Virus record (IMG/VR): IMGVR_UViG_3300042691_021691
Span: 1-64,000 of that record
Reading direction: 5' to 3' (one strand)
From: a virus
DNA: 64,000 nt
The stretch's first letter is position 1. The number at the start of each line of letters is the position of its first letter. The notes below the pieces were generated by a model. That model saw nothing but the letters and a program-made list of their open reading frames with translations, had not been told where the DNA came from and ran no database searches. Made by a program: the position numbers and the translations under genes. Positions 54,858 through 64,000 of this stretch are shown here, one piece after another.

Positions 54858-55772
54858 ATGACTGATATTATCACTTTTCTATCCAAAAAATTAGGTAGAT
54901 ATAAGGCACATCCAAATAGTGAATATTATTTCACTTGTCCCTTTTGCCACCATTCTAAAGCTAAGTTTGCAGTAAACGTAGCTAAGGATAAGTGGCATTG
55001 TTGGCATTGTGGATCAAGTGGCAAAACAATTTTTAATTTGGTTAGAGTTCTAGATTTAAGCAAAAGTGAGATAGACGAGCTACGAGAACTACTTGGTAAT
55101 TCACCAAAATTAAAAATATACAAAGAAAACACGGATAAAGTCGAACTCAGATTACCGGCAGAATTTAAACCGCTATGGAAAGTTAATAATTCTATTGAAT
55201 ACAAGCATGCGCTGGCATATTTGAGGAATAGAAATATTAGTATGGTGGATATTATTCGTTACAGAATGGGATATTGTGAGACTGGAAATTTCGCTCACAG
55301 AATTATTATTCCTTCATATGATGCGGATAATAAACTTAATTATTTTGTAGCCAGATCGTATTTCGATGCAAATATGAAGTATAAAAACCCAACCGTCAGT
55401 AAGAATATAATTTGCTTTGAGAGTTTTATTAATTGGAATCTGCCTGTTGTCTTGTGTGAAGGTGTATTCGATGCAATTTCCGTGCGCCAGAACGCAATTC
55501 CATTGTTAGGTAAGCATTTGCCTAAAAAACTGGAGCTTGCGTTATTAAAAAATAAAGTAAAGACGGTGTATGTATGCTTGGATAAAGATGCAGAATCGGA
55601 AGCAATGAAACTAGAAAATAAACTAAAGCAATATGATATTAATGTATACAGAGTATCAATTGCTACGGGAGATGCGGGAGAGATTGGATTTACAAAGGTA
55701 TGGGAATTTATTAAGAATTCCAAATCTACTAGCTTTAAAGAATTGATAGAAAACAAATTATCTAATGTGTAG
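54858..55772 (+). CDS. DNA primase (zinc finger plus TOPRIM)
   Basis: CPFC...WHCWHC; RIIIP; CEGVFDA; LDKDA. Confidence 0.9.
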   Translation: MTDIITFLSKKLGRYKAHPNSEYYFTCPFCHHSKAKFAVNVAKDKWHCWHCGSSGKTIFNLVRVLDLSKSEIDELRELLGNSPKLKIYKENTDKVELRLPAEFKPLWKVNNSIEYKHALAYLRNRNISMVDIIRYRMGYCETGNFAHRIIIPSYDADNKLNYFVARSYFDANMKYKNPTVSKNIICFESFINWNLPVVLCEGVFDAISVRQNAIPLLGKHLPKKLELALLKNKVKTVYVCLDKDAESEAMKLENKLKQYDINVYRVSIATGDAGEIGFTKVWEFIKNSKSTSFKELIENKLSNV

Positions 55773-55778
55773 GTTATT

Positions 55779-58700
55779 ATGAAAATTAAAGTTCCATTTA
55801 AAAAATTAGAACGTATTGCACACTTAGCAGATGTTCATATTAGATTATATAAGCGACACGATGAATATAAAGAATGTTTTGCTAAATTGTATGAACAAAT
55901 TAAAACCTCCGACTTAACATCGGGGGTAATTGTCGTAGCTGGTGATATAGTTCACGCAAAAACGGATATGTCTCCTGAAATGGTTGCCTTAGCATCTGAG
56001 TTTTTTAAATCATTGGCAGATATAGCACCCACGCTTGTAATCGCGGGGAATCATGATTTTAATATGGCTAATGCAAATAGATTGGATAGCTTATCACCAA
56101 TTATTGAACTAATAAATCACCCTAATTTACATTATCTGCGAGATAGTGGTATTTATAAAGTAGCGGATACAGACTTTGCGGTATTTTCTATAGTAGATGG
56201 CAAAGATAAATGGCCTGGTGTAAAAGATTGTACGGCAAAAAATAAGATCGCACTATATCATGGACCTGTATACGGAGCCAACACAGGTACTAATTTCACA
56301 GTAACGTCTAGACATGTAGAAGCACAAGCATTCGATGGGTTTGATGCGGTATTGTTAGGAGATATTCATACGTATCAGATACTACAGCAACGGGATATAA
56401 AAGAAAAGAAGCCTATCATAGTATATTCGTCGTCGTTAATTCAACAAAACCACGGAGAATTGTTAAATAATCATGGATGGTGTCTGTGGGAGGTTGCTAA
56501 TTTCGCCCATAAGTTTATAGAATTACCAAACGACTATGGATTTTACACCTTCGAATGTACAGACAACGCAAAACTGCCTGTTCTACCAATTAAAAATGTA
56601 AGACTACGTATTTTCACGGGCGATGTCGATAGTGTATCTGTCAAAAAATTAATTGCTGCATTCAAAAAGAATTATAATGTAGTTGAATTAACTACAAACA
56701 AGCATAGATATGATGGGATTATCAAGCCTAAAACTGCAAAGCATACCGAATTATTAGATGTAACGAACGTAAATATTCAAAATTCATTGATAACAGAATA
56801 TTTAAATAACGCTTCGGCAGATATAGATGATAAGATAGTTGAAGAAATTTTACAAATTAATTCAAATGCCAACAATCAATTGAAGCATGGCGACTATTCA
56901 CGTAGCATTCAATGGCGACCAATTGAATTTAATTTCTCAAATATGTTTTCATATGGAGAAAACAATAAGATTACATTTGATAATATGAAAGGTGTCTATG
57001 GAATATTTGCACCTAACGCCAGTGGCAAAAGTTCTATAATGGATGCGTTGATGTTTTGTCTATACGACAAGACTCCACGTGCATCTCGGGCAGGACACGT
57101 AATGAACAATAGAAAGAATACCTTCGACTGCCAGTTGACGTTGCAAATAAGCAATACGATATATGTTATCAAAAAAAGAGGAACTAGAAAGAAGGGAAAT
57201 GAAGTAAAAGTTGATGTAGAATTTTTACGACAAGAGCTAGATGGCACATTTGTAGCTCTAACAGGCCAAGAACGTAGAGATACCAACTCAATCATTCGTT
57301 CTTACATAGGAACGTATGAAGATTTTATTTTAACAACGTTTACAAATAATATGTCGGGTGCATTGTTTATAGATACTTCGCATTCCGAGCGCAAGGATTT
57401 GTTGTCTCAATTTATGGGACTCAATATTTTTGATAAATTGCATGAAATTGCCAACGAAGAAAGTAAGCAATTGGCTGCGATTATTAAAAAATTTAATAAG
57501 ACCGACATTTCTGATAAATTAGTCAGTGTGCAGAACGCAATTGAAAAATTACAGATGGAAGAAACCACAGTAATTAAAAAATTAGATTATATTAAATCTA
57601 TTTTATCGGATAGCGAAGTTACAAAAAGTTTATTGCTCCGAGATTTATTGCCATTAGCAAAAGATTTAGAAGATCCTGATCTACTAAACACAAAAAAGGC
57701 AAAATATGAAACACAAATTCAATCCAACTTAACAGAAACGGATGCATTAAAAGATAAGCTAGTTAAATTAATAGATTTAGAAAATAAACTGATACAGTCT
57801 ACGGAGGCGGTGGATTTTGACGAATTGCAGAAAACTATAGCAAGTATGCAAGCAATTCAAAATAAAATTACACAGCTACAGAATAAAAAGAAACAGTTGT
57901 CAGTTTCTATTATCGAAACGGAGCGATTGATTTCAAAGTTATCGGATATTAAGTATAATAAAGAATGCGATATTTGTATACAAAATAATATTACATTTAT
58001 CGATGAATTATCCGAGTCTAAGACAAAACTTGAAGATTTATCCGCACAAATTATGACTATTGATTTGGAAGTAGAAGCATTAGCTCCTAAAATTCAAAAT
58101 ATGGATGTTATGACAGATGCATTTAATGAATATACTACTAATTTAAATAAATTAACTAGAATAGATGCGGAAAAGACCAAAGTATCATCGTCTATAGACT
58201 CCTTAAATTCTTTTATACAATTGTTGTATAAAAATATTGAAGATGTCGATTTTATGATACAGGAATACAATAACAATTTGGATGCTATTTCGCACAATAA
58301 ACAAATAGAATCCAAATTGGTTATAGCAGAATATGATATTTCTTCAAATAAAAAGCAAATTGATAAGATACAATCAACTATATTGGATGTCTCATCGGAA
58401 TTAAAAGTTGCCAAGAATATAAAATCCACGATGTTAACCGAGATGTCTGAGATGGAGGAAACCGAGCGCAAATTTAATATTTACAAGCATTATTTACAAG
58501 CTACGGGTAGGGATGGCATTCCAAGAATGTTGTTATCTAAAGTGGTACCAACTATCCAGAACGAAATAAATACAATATTATCGCAGCTGGTTGGATTTAC
58601 TATTACCTTAGAGATGGAAGGTAAAAATATAAATGCATATTTAAATTACGATCACGAGCGAGTTTGGCCTTTGGAAAATTGTTCTGGAATGGAACGATTT

Positions 58701-58952
58701 ATTAGCGGAATTGCTATGAGAGTAGCTTTGCTAAATGCCTCCAATTTGCCAAAAAGTAACTTCTTGTTGATAGATGAAGGATTTGGTACCTTAGATTCTG
58801 ACCATTTATCTTCGATGCAGACACTTTTTAGCCTACTAAAGTCTCAATTTGAATTTATTTTGATAGTTAGCCATCTAGATACGGCTCGTGATATGGTAGA
58901 TAATTCTTTAGAAATTAGGCACAAAGATGGGTATAGTTACATAAACATTTAA
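55779..58952 (+). CDS. Fused SbcD/Mre11 nuclease - SbcC/Rad50 ATPase (gp47-gp46-like)
   Basis: ADVH, AGD, GNHD, GDIH; APNASGKSS Walker A; CDIC zinc hook; CSGMERF signature; IDEGFG Walker B. Confidence 0.9.
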   Translation: MKIKVPFKKLERIAHLADVHIRLYKRHDEYKECFAKLYEQIKTSDLTSGVIVVAGDIVHAKTDMSPEMVALASEFFKSLADIAPTLVIAGNHDFNMANANRLDSLSPIIELINHPNLHYLRDSGIYKVADTDFAVFSIVDGKDKWPGVKDCTAKNKIALYHGPVYGANTGTNFTVTSRHVEAQAFDGFDAVLLGDIHTYQILQQRDIKEKKPIIVYSSSLIQQNHGELLNNHGWCLWEVANFAHKFIELPNDYGFYTFECTDNAKLPVLPIKNVRLRIFTGDVDSVSVKKLIAAFKKNYNVVELTTNKHRYDGIIKPKTAKHTELLDVTNVNIQNSLITEYLNNASADIDDKIVEEILQINSNANNQLKHGDYSRSIQWRPIEFNFSNMFSYGENNKITFDNMKGVYGIFAPNASGKSSIMDALMFCLYDKTPRASRAGHVMNNRKNTFDCQLTLQISNTIYVIKKRGTRKKGNEVKVDVEFLRQELDGTFVALTGQERRDTNSIIRSYIGTYEDFILTTFTNNMSGALFIDTSHSERKDLLSQFMGLNIFDKLHEIANEESKQLAAIIKKFNKTDISDKLVSVQNAIEKLQMEETTVIKKLDYIKSILSDSEVTKSLLLRDLLPLAKDLEDPDLLNTKKAKYETQIQSNLTETDALKDKLVKLIDLENKLIQSTEAVDFDELQKTIASMQAIQNKITQLQNKKKQLSVSIIETERLISKLSDIKYNKECDICIQNNITFIDELSESKTKLEDLSAQIMTIDLEVEALAPKIQNMDVMTDAFNEYTTNLNKLTRIDAEKTKVSSSIDSLNSFIQLLYKNIEDVDFMIQEYNNNLDAISHNKQIESKLVIAEYDISSNKKQIDKIQSTILDVSSELKVAKNIKSTMLTEMSEMEETERKFNIYKHYLQATGRDGIPRMLLSKVVPTIQNEINTILSQLVGFTITLEMEGKNINAYLNYDHERVWPLENCSGMERFISGIAMRVALLNASNLPKSNFLLIDEGFGTLDSDHLSSMQTLFSLLKSQFEFILIVSHLDTARDMVDNSLEIRHKDGYSYINI

Positions 58953-58990
58953 TATTTATAGGTTGCAGATATTTTGTAACCAGGAATACT

Positions 58991-61900
58991 ATGCCAAGAC
59001 AAAGAAAAGTATCTTTTAATCAAAAGTTAGTAACATATGACGTTTTAATTGAAGATACTTCCGAAAATTCACAGTATTTTAAAGTATCACAATTCCCAGA
59101 AGTGTTTACCGGCGGTAAGAATGGATTTCTAATCGCCGGTACACCATTTCTATTGCCAAATTCTAGCGTTTTGGTCGAAGTTGTAAATTCTGAAAATCAA
59201 ACAATATATCACCAGGCTATACAAAATTACACAGAAGGTGCCTCGAAATTAATATCATTCGAAGTATACAATGATACAAAGCCAGGATTATATAAAGTAA
59301 TTTTATTAGGGCAGGCTAGGTATTTTCTCAATGGAGCATCTATTCCTGATAATTGGAATAATAAGTATAATGTTCGATGGTCGCGTGACGTAATTATAGA
59401 ACCGCGCAGACGAAATACAGCCCCAATCAGATTTTTAAACCAACCTAGGTTAATTTTAGATGATGAACAGATCATTTATATTCCATCGTCATCATATACA
59501 GTTGTATCAGAACCAATCAATGCTAAATTATACCCTAGATATAAGTCGTCTCTGGTAGGCGGGTATAGTATTGAAGCGGTTAGCGGAAGTATTTTCTCAG
59601 GATCTATAACGGATTCCGCTACATTAGTTGGAGAAATAACAGCGTCAAACGCCACTAGCGGAGAAGTATATACTAAAGCTATAAATTTACAGTTAGATAA
59701 AATATTAAATTCTACACATGCTGAATGTACAAGTTCGCTTATACAATTTAAAGACTATCTAGAATATCTTGATATAAAATCGGGAAGTTATTCATATTTT
59801 TCTGCACAGGATGGTGTAACATATAATATAACTTCATCGGTCGTATTGCAATATCCGGTGTTAACTATAAATGATTCCGCACTGCTAGATACAGGATCAT
59901 ACGCTAAAATACGATTTGTTAATTTAGAAACTGCAACCGGCGAAATATACAAAACCAATCTTTCATACAAAATCGCAGGTACTACTGGGGAATTTATAAG
60001 TGTTGCAAGAACTCCCATTCAAGTTTCCGAACTATTTGTAACATCATCTACAATTGGCGATTATCATATTGGTAAATTTGTTAGCGGTGCATTGCGAGAT
60101 ACTAAAACACATTGGTATGCGGCACCGATTACCTCAAGTGGAAATATAACATATCCATATTCTGCATCGGGATTATATCTAACGGCATCAAACGTATATG
60201 GATTGGAATATGATGCGTCTGAATTATTCAATGGAGTATATCCTATCGTTCCACTGACTGGATCATATATACCTCCTTATGTGTTCGGTACAAAGGATGC
60301 GTTTACATTATTTGCTACTTCGCAATATACGTTACAATTCAACGCAGTATACTCTTTATACACCGGATCGACAAGACTCAGCGATACTAGTGGTCAATTA
60401 TACGTTTATCTGGCACCGACATCAGAATCTAGAATACTAGATACAAATCCTCTTGGGCAACTTATAGGTACCATAACACCGAACGATGGGACCGATAAGC
60501 AATATTTTGATGGCGTTTCATTTAATTTCAATCCGCAAGTAGTAGATTCGGGAAGCGTAACATTTAGATTTTTAGCTACCAGTGGATTCTGGAAGTTTTC
60601 AAACATTACATTAAAGCCTGCCGAAGAATTTGCGTTCAATCCGGACGAATCAATTATATTGATTCCAAATTTAGTGGATGGTAAGAGTTTAATTTATAAA
60701 GCAGAATTTTTTGATATAAATAACAATTCTACAAAGATTGAAGTATTATCTGAACCTGTATATTTCGCTGGACCTAGAAAATATTTGACATCGGCTACCG
60801 TAGGTGCTTCTTCATTAGATGGATTAACTGATGTTACATTAAGTTCACCAACGCCTGGTCAAATTCTAGCATATAATGGAAGTCAATGGATTAACGCTGC
60901 AAACAGTGGTGCAACGGGGATACAAGGGGCGACAGGTCCCACTGGAATAAGAGGAGCAACTGGAATACAAGGTCCCACAGGACCTCAAGGAACCACAGGA
61001 CCTACGGGCATTCAAGGTCCTACAGGTGCACAAGGTATACAAGGACTCACAGGAACTACAGGACCCACTGGTATTCAAGGAACTACCGGACCCACTGGTA
61101 TCCAAGGTCCAACGGGTATCCAAGGATTAACGGGCACTACAGGACCTACCGGTGTTCAAGGTACCACAGGACCCACCGGTATACAAGGACCTACTGGTAT
61201 TCAAGGATCTACTGGACCTCAAGGCACAACTGGTCCAACTGGTATTCAAGGTCCAACGGGTGCACAAGGTATCCAGGGAACACAAGGAACTACGGGACCT
61301 ACTGGATTACAAGGAACTACCGGACCTACCGGCATTCAAGGATTAACCGGTGCTACTGGACCACAAGGAATTACAGGCCCAACAGGCCCAAATATACCTG
61401 GGTTAGTATCGTCATCCACATTCTCATCCCCTTCCCAGGGAACAGTTAGAGCAGTAATAAATTCAACAACAACTGATGTAGATACCGGACTGCAAACAGG
61501 CGATAGTCCAACCTTCGCAGGATTAACAGTTGATACAAATACACTATATGTAGACGCGACAAACGACAGAGTGGGCATAGGAACCACCGTTCCAATTACA
61601 AAATTGGATATTAGAGGTGGTATACTTCGTACAAATACAAGAGTAGACGGTGGACAGAATTATCCTATGGGACATTATACTCCAGGAGAAACTGTATTTG
61701 AAATTGATTCAACGTGGAGTGAAGCGGAACTTCAGGAATACTTTAACTCCTCCGCAGTAACATGGGCAAATGATTCCACTTCACCAGGCGGATATGCAAT
61801 TTCTATAGCAGGCGCGGTAAATGTGGGAAATGGACCATACGGATCTGGATTTCCATACATTCCTGTAGATCAAGACGATGTATTTTATATGGAATGTTGG

Positions 61901-62338
61901 ATCAAAAACACATCAGGAACTAATACCCATTATATGGGATCTATTGATTATAATTCATCGTTTACAAGCTTGGGAGGTAATCCTGGTTCATTTGGATATT
62001 GGGTTATGAGTAATACAAATCCAGGAGCATCATGGACAAGAGTATCTGGATATATTGCAGGATTTGGTACTTCTACGGGACAATTCGTTGTGGGAACGAA
62101 ATATTGGACTCCACAAGCATTGTTTAATTACACAGGCGGAGGTACGTGTTATATTTCTGGATGGAAAGCTATAAATGTAACTGCCCGTGGTAATAGATAT
62201 TTTATAAGTGGTAGCGTTGGTGTGGGCACGACAAGTCCCTCATATACACTTGATGTGAATGGTACAACTAGATCTTCAATAATGAGAGCACCTACGGCAT
62301 TGGTGATTCCTGTAGGAACCAATATGTATGCTACGTAG
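58991..62338 (+). CDS. Tail fibre-like protein with collagen-like segment
   Basis: [27 protein letters not shown], ~50 Gly-X-Y triplets, RVGIGT and [15 protein letters not shown]. Confidence 0.8.
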   Translation: MPRQRKVSFNQKLVTYDVLIEDTSENSQYFKVSQFPEVFTGGKNGFLIAGTPFLLPNSSVLVEVVNSENQTIYHQAIQNYTEGASKLISFEVYNDTKPGLYKVILLGQARYFLNGASIPDNWNNKYNVRWSRDVIIEPRRRNTAPIRFLNQPRLILDDEQIIYIPSSSYTVVSEPINAKLYPRYKSSLVGGYSIEAVSGSIFSGSITDSATLVGEITASNATSGEVYTKAINLQLDKILNSTHAECTSSLIQFKDYLEYLDIKSGSYSYFSAQDGVTYNITSSVVLQYPVLTINDSALLDTGSYAKIRFVNLETATGEIYKTNLSYKIAGTTGEFISVARTPIQVSELFVTSSTIGDYHIGKFVSGALRDTKTHWYAAPITSSGNITYPYSASGLYLTASNVYGLEYDASELFNGVYPIVPLTGSYIPPYVFGTKDAFTLFATSQYTLQFNAVYSLYTGSTRLSDTSGQLYVYLAPTSESRILDTNPLGQLIGTITPNDGTDKQYFDGVSFNFNPQVVDSGSVTFRFLATSGFWKFSNITLKPAEEFAFNPDESIILIPNLVDGKSLIYKAEFFDINNNSTKIEVLSEPVYFAGPRKYLTSATVGASSLDGLTDVTLSSPTPGQILAYNGSQWINAANSGATGIQGATGPTGIRGATGIQGPTGPQGTTGPTGIQGPTGAQGIQGLTGTTGPTGIQGTTGPTGIQGPTGIQGLTGTTGPTGVQGTTGPTGIQGPTGIQGSTGPQGTTGPTGIQGPTGAQGIQGTQGTTGPTGLQGTTGPTGIQGLTGATGPQGITGPTGPNIPGLVSSSTFSSPSQGTVRAVINSTTTDVDTGLQTGDSPTFAGLTVDTNTLYVDATNDRVGIGTTVPITKLDIRGGILRTNTRVDGGQNYPMGHYTPGETVFEIDSTWSEAELQEYFNSSAVTWANDSTSPGGYAISIAGAVNVGNGPYGSGFPYIPVDQDDVFYMECWIKNTSGTNTHYMGSIDYNSSFTSLGGNPGSFGYWVMSNTNPGASWTRVSGYIAGFGTSTGQFVVGTKYWTPQALFNYTGGGTCYISGWKAINVTARGNRYFISGSVGVGTTSPSYTLDVNGTTRSSIMRAPTALVIPVGTNMYAT
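60908..61390 (+). repeat. Collagen-like Gly-X-Y repeat (GPT/GIQ/GTT)
   Basis: Uninterrupted G-X-Y triplets. Confidence 0.95.
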
Positions 62339-62380
62339 TAGTTTGGTTATATTTATATACGAACACTTACAGTGAAATAT

Positions 62381-64000
62381 ATGAAATTTACTATATTAGA
62401 AGCCAACAATTCTTCAAATGATGATGCATTCAATAAAACTATATCAATTATGCAGATGATAGACAAGCATAATGAAATAGTTTCTGAGTTAGATGAAGAA
62501 TCAAAGAAAAATTGCACCATTAGTTATACCGATTCCCCAAAAGCTATGCGGAAAAAGTGCAAGCATGCCAGAAAAACTGGATATTTTCATATTCCATTGT
62601 ATATGACGTTGTTTCCAAAGCATACTGAACCATCAACCACTGATAATTCATCTGGCGAAACTGATAGTGGTTCCGCAGAAGGTGGAGATTCTGGTATGGC
62701 TACCGAAGAAATTATAACGGATGCAGAATCTAGTACTGAACGGGTTCGTAGATACTATAAGCGCCATCCTAAGAAAGTTAAGCAATACTTGCGTAAAACT
62801 GTAAAGGATAGAGCAGCTAGAAACCGTGATCGTAGAAAGGCTGTAAAGAAATATGGCAAATCCAAAATGAAAAACCACGATGTGCATCACCCAAATGGTG
62901 CCAAGAATGGTAACTGGAAGCTAGCTAGAAAGGATCATGGTAGAGATACCAAGGATATGCAGAAGCGCAAAGCACAAGCGTTGGCTAAGATGAAGCAGAA
63001 GGCGCCACGACCAGCCGCTGCTCCTAAAGAAAAGCCAACGCCAGTAAAGAAATTAACATTCACCGCGCACATTTTCAAAAATTTGTCTCTTACGTTCGAT
63101 GATGTTATCAAGATATTAGGCAGAGGGCTTGGAGAATTGCTAGGAATGGGATCAAAGATAACGGATAAGCTATCGCGTGAGACCGTTACTATGACTGTAA
63201 AAAATGGAAAGCTATTATTAATTAAAAATAAGAGTGATGTGGCAGATGTAGATAAGACAGGAGTATCTTCTAAGCAATATATCGATGCATTTGATGGTGA
63301 TAAGCATCTAAAAACATCTATTGCCCAGACATTAGTAGATTTGGAGAAGATGATTCGAGCGGAAGGGAACACCGACGCAATGAAATCGGTGTTTGACAAC
63401 GGGAAGAAGTTTATTTCATTCGATGTATATACTTCATCAGAAAATAATATAACTCCAAGCAATAAAAATTTTGTAGTATTTAAAGATGTGGTGTCATATA
63501 ACGAAGATTATAAAACTGATGCTACGTTAGAAAACGCCAGCAAGTTTATTATTAGTAATATGCTAAAGTATCAATACGCATTAGATCCAAATAAAGTTAA
63601 TAATATCTATTTTAGCGAAGAGCAAACATACAAATTAGAAGCACAAATAAAAAAATTGGCAGCTTCTATGGAAAAGTTGGCATCCGAATATGAATTGACA
63701 TCGGAAGATACACTTAGAGATTATTTAGTTCAAGTATGCAACGAATTACTGATCAAATTAGAAAATGAAAATGATCTAGAGTTCACAGAACAAGAAAAAA
63801 ATGATATCTTGTATCGATGGGTGGATAAAGAGGAGTTTGATTTAGATACTCTTGATGATAAGAAGAAGGATGCCATTAAAAAATATGAAAAGGATGCGTT
63901 AAAGCAAGATATAATCGATGGTATGTCAAATATACAATCGGTCATATTAAAGGGATCGGTATTATTATTGCAAAGAATAAACAATACACTGGTGGGCAGC
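62381..64000 (+). CDS. Partial large ORF (runs off window) with an internal HNH-like motif
   Basis: Open frame from ATG 62381 (MKFTILEANNSS...), RAARNRDRR...HDVHHPNGAKNGNW; preceded by ATATTTATA. Confidence 0.7.
   Translation, partial: MKFTILEANNSSNDDAFNKTISIMQMIDKHNEIVSELDEESKKNCTISYTDSPKAMRKKCKHARKTGYFHIPLYMTLFPKHTEPSTTDNSSGETDSGSAEGGDSGMATEEIITDAESSTERVRRYYKRHPKKVKQYLRKTVKDRAARNRDRRKAVKKYGKSKMKNHDVHHPNGAKNGNWKLARKDHGRDTKDMQKRKAQALAKMKQKAPRPAAAPKEKPTPVKKLTFTAHIFKNLSLTFDDVIKILGRGLGELLGMGSKITDKLSRETVTMTVKNGKLLLIKNKSDVADVDKTGVSSKQYIDAFDGDKHLKTSIAQTLVDLEKMIRAEGNTDAMKSVFDNGKKFISFDVYTSSENNITPSNKNFVVFKDVVSYNEDYKTDATLENASKFIISNMLKYQYALDPNKVNNIYFSEEQTYKLEAQIKKLAASMEKLASEYELTSEDTLRDYLVQVCNELLIKLENENDLEFTEQEKNDILYRWVDKEEFDLDTLDDKKKDAIKKYEKDALKQDIIDGMSNIQSVILKGSVLLLQRINNTLVGS

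Noticed and set aside
43933-61390. CRISPR array or DGR template/variable repeats
   Set aside because: The repeats are degenerate in-frame protein repeats varying at synonymous sites; no identical repeat-spacer pattern, cas gene or reverse transcriptase is present.
36837-63984. Numerous short minus-strand ORFs within structural and replication genes
   Set aside because: They are antisense shadows of long + strand genes with no RBS or motifs.
1-64000. Stop-codon reassignment
   Set aside because: Genes are intact in code 11 and end in TAA, TAG and TGA; no suppressor (CTA, TCA or TTA anticodon) tRNA was seen.

Overview
AT-rich window from a large tailed dsDNA phage (myovirus-like, T4-type gp25/gp6 baseplate genes), genetic code 11, almost all genes on the + strand. 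(1) About 1-20 kb is an accessory region built around 30 tRNA genes (19 amino acids, no Ala; includes a rare tRNA-Ile(UAU)). It also holds metabolic/modification genes, a lysis cassette, an orphan PvuII-like endonuclease and about eight structured intergenic RNAs I cannot assign to a family. One is 6S-like, one has HDV-like pseudoknot topology and one is ~320 nt with a tRNA-like 3' end. (2) About 20-35 kb: carbamoyltransferase, glycosyltransferases, tmRNA (tag GNNQLALAA), HNH, HD hydrolase, Hsp20, UvsE, IMPDH/GMP reductase and a gp55-like sigma factor. Just downstream of hsp20 a hairpin displays a 13-nt perfect complement of the 16S rRNA 3' end in its loop with no gene to initiate; this candidate anti-SD decoy RNA is my top candidate for a novel system. 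(3) About 35-54 kb: baseplate/tail module with 18 GCxDPxAxNY disulfide-type repeats. (4) About 54-64 kb: resolvase, primase, fused SbcD-SbcC, collagen-containing tail fibre and a truncated ORF. Two promoter classes are visible: sigma70-like TTGACA-17-TAnnnT and an ATATTTATA motif ahead of late genes. All calls were made by eye from motifs, with no database searches; RNA boundaries are approximate to a few nt.
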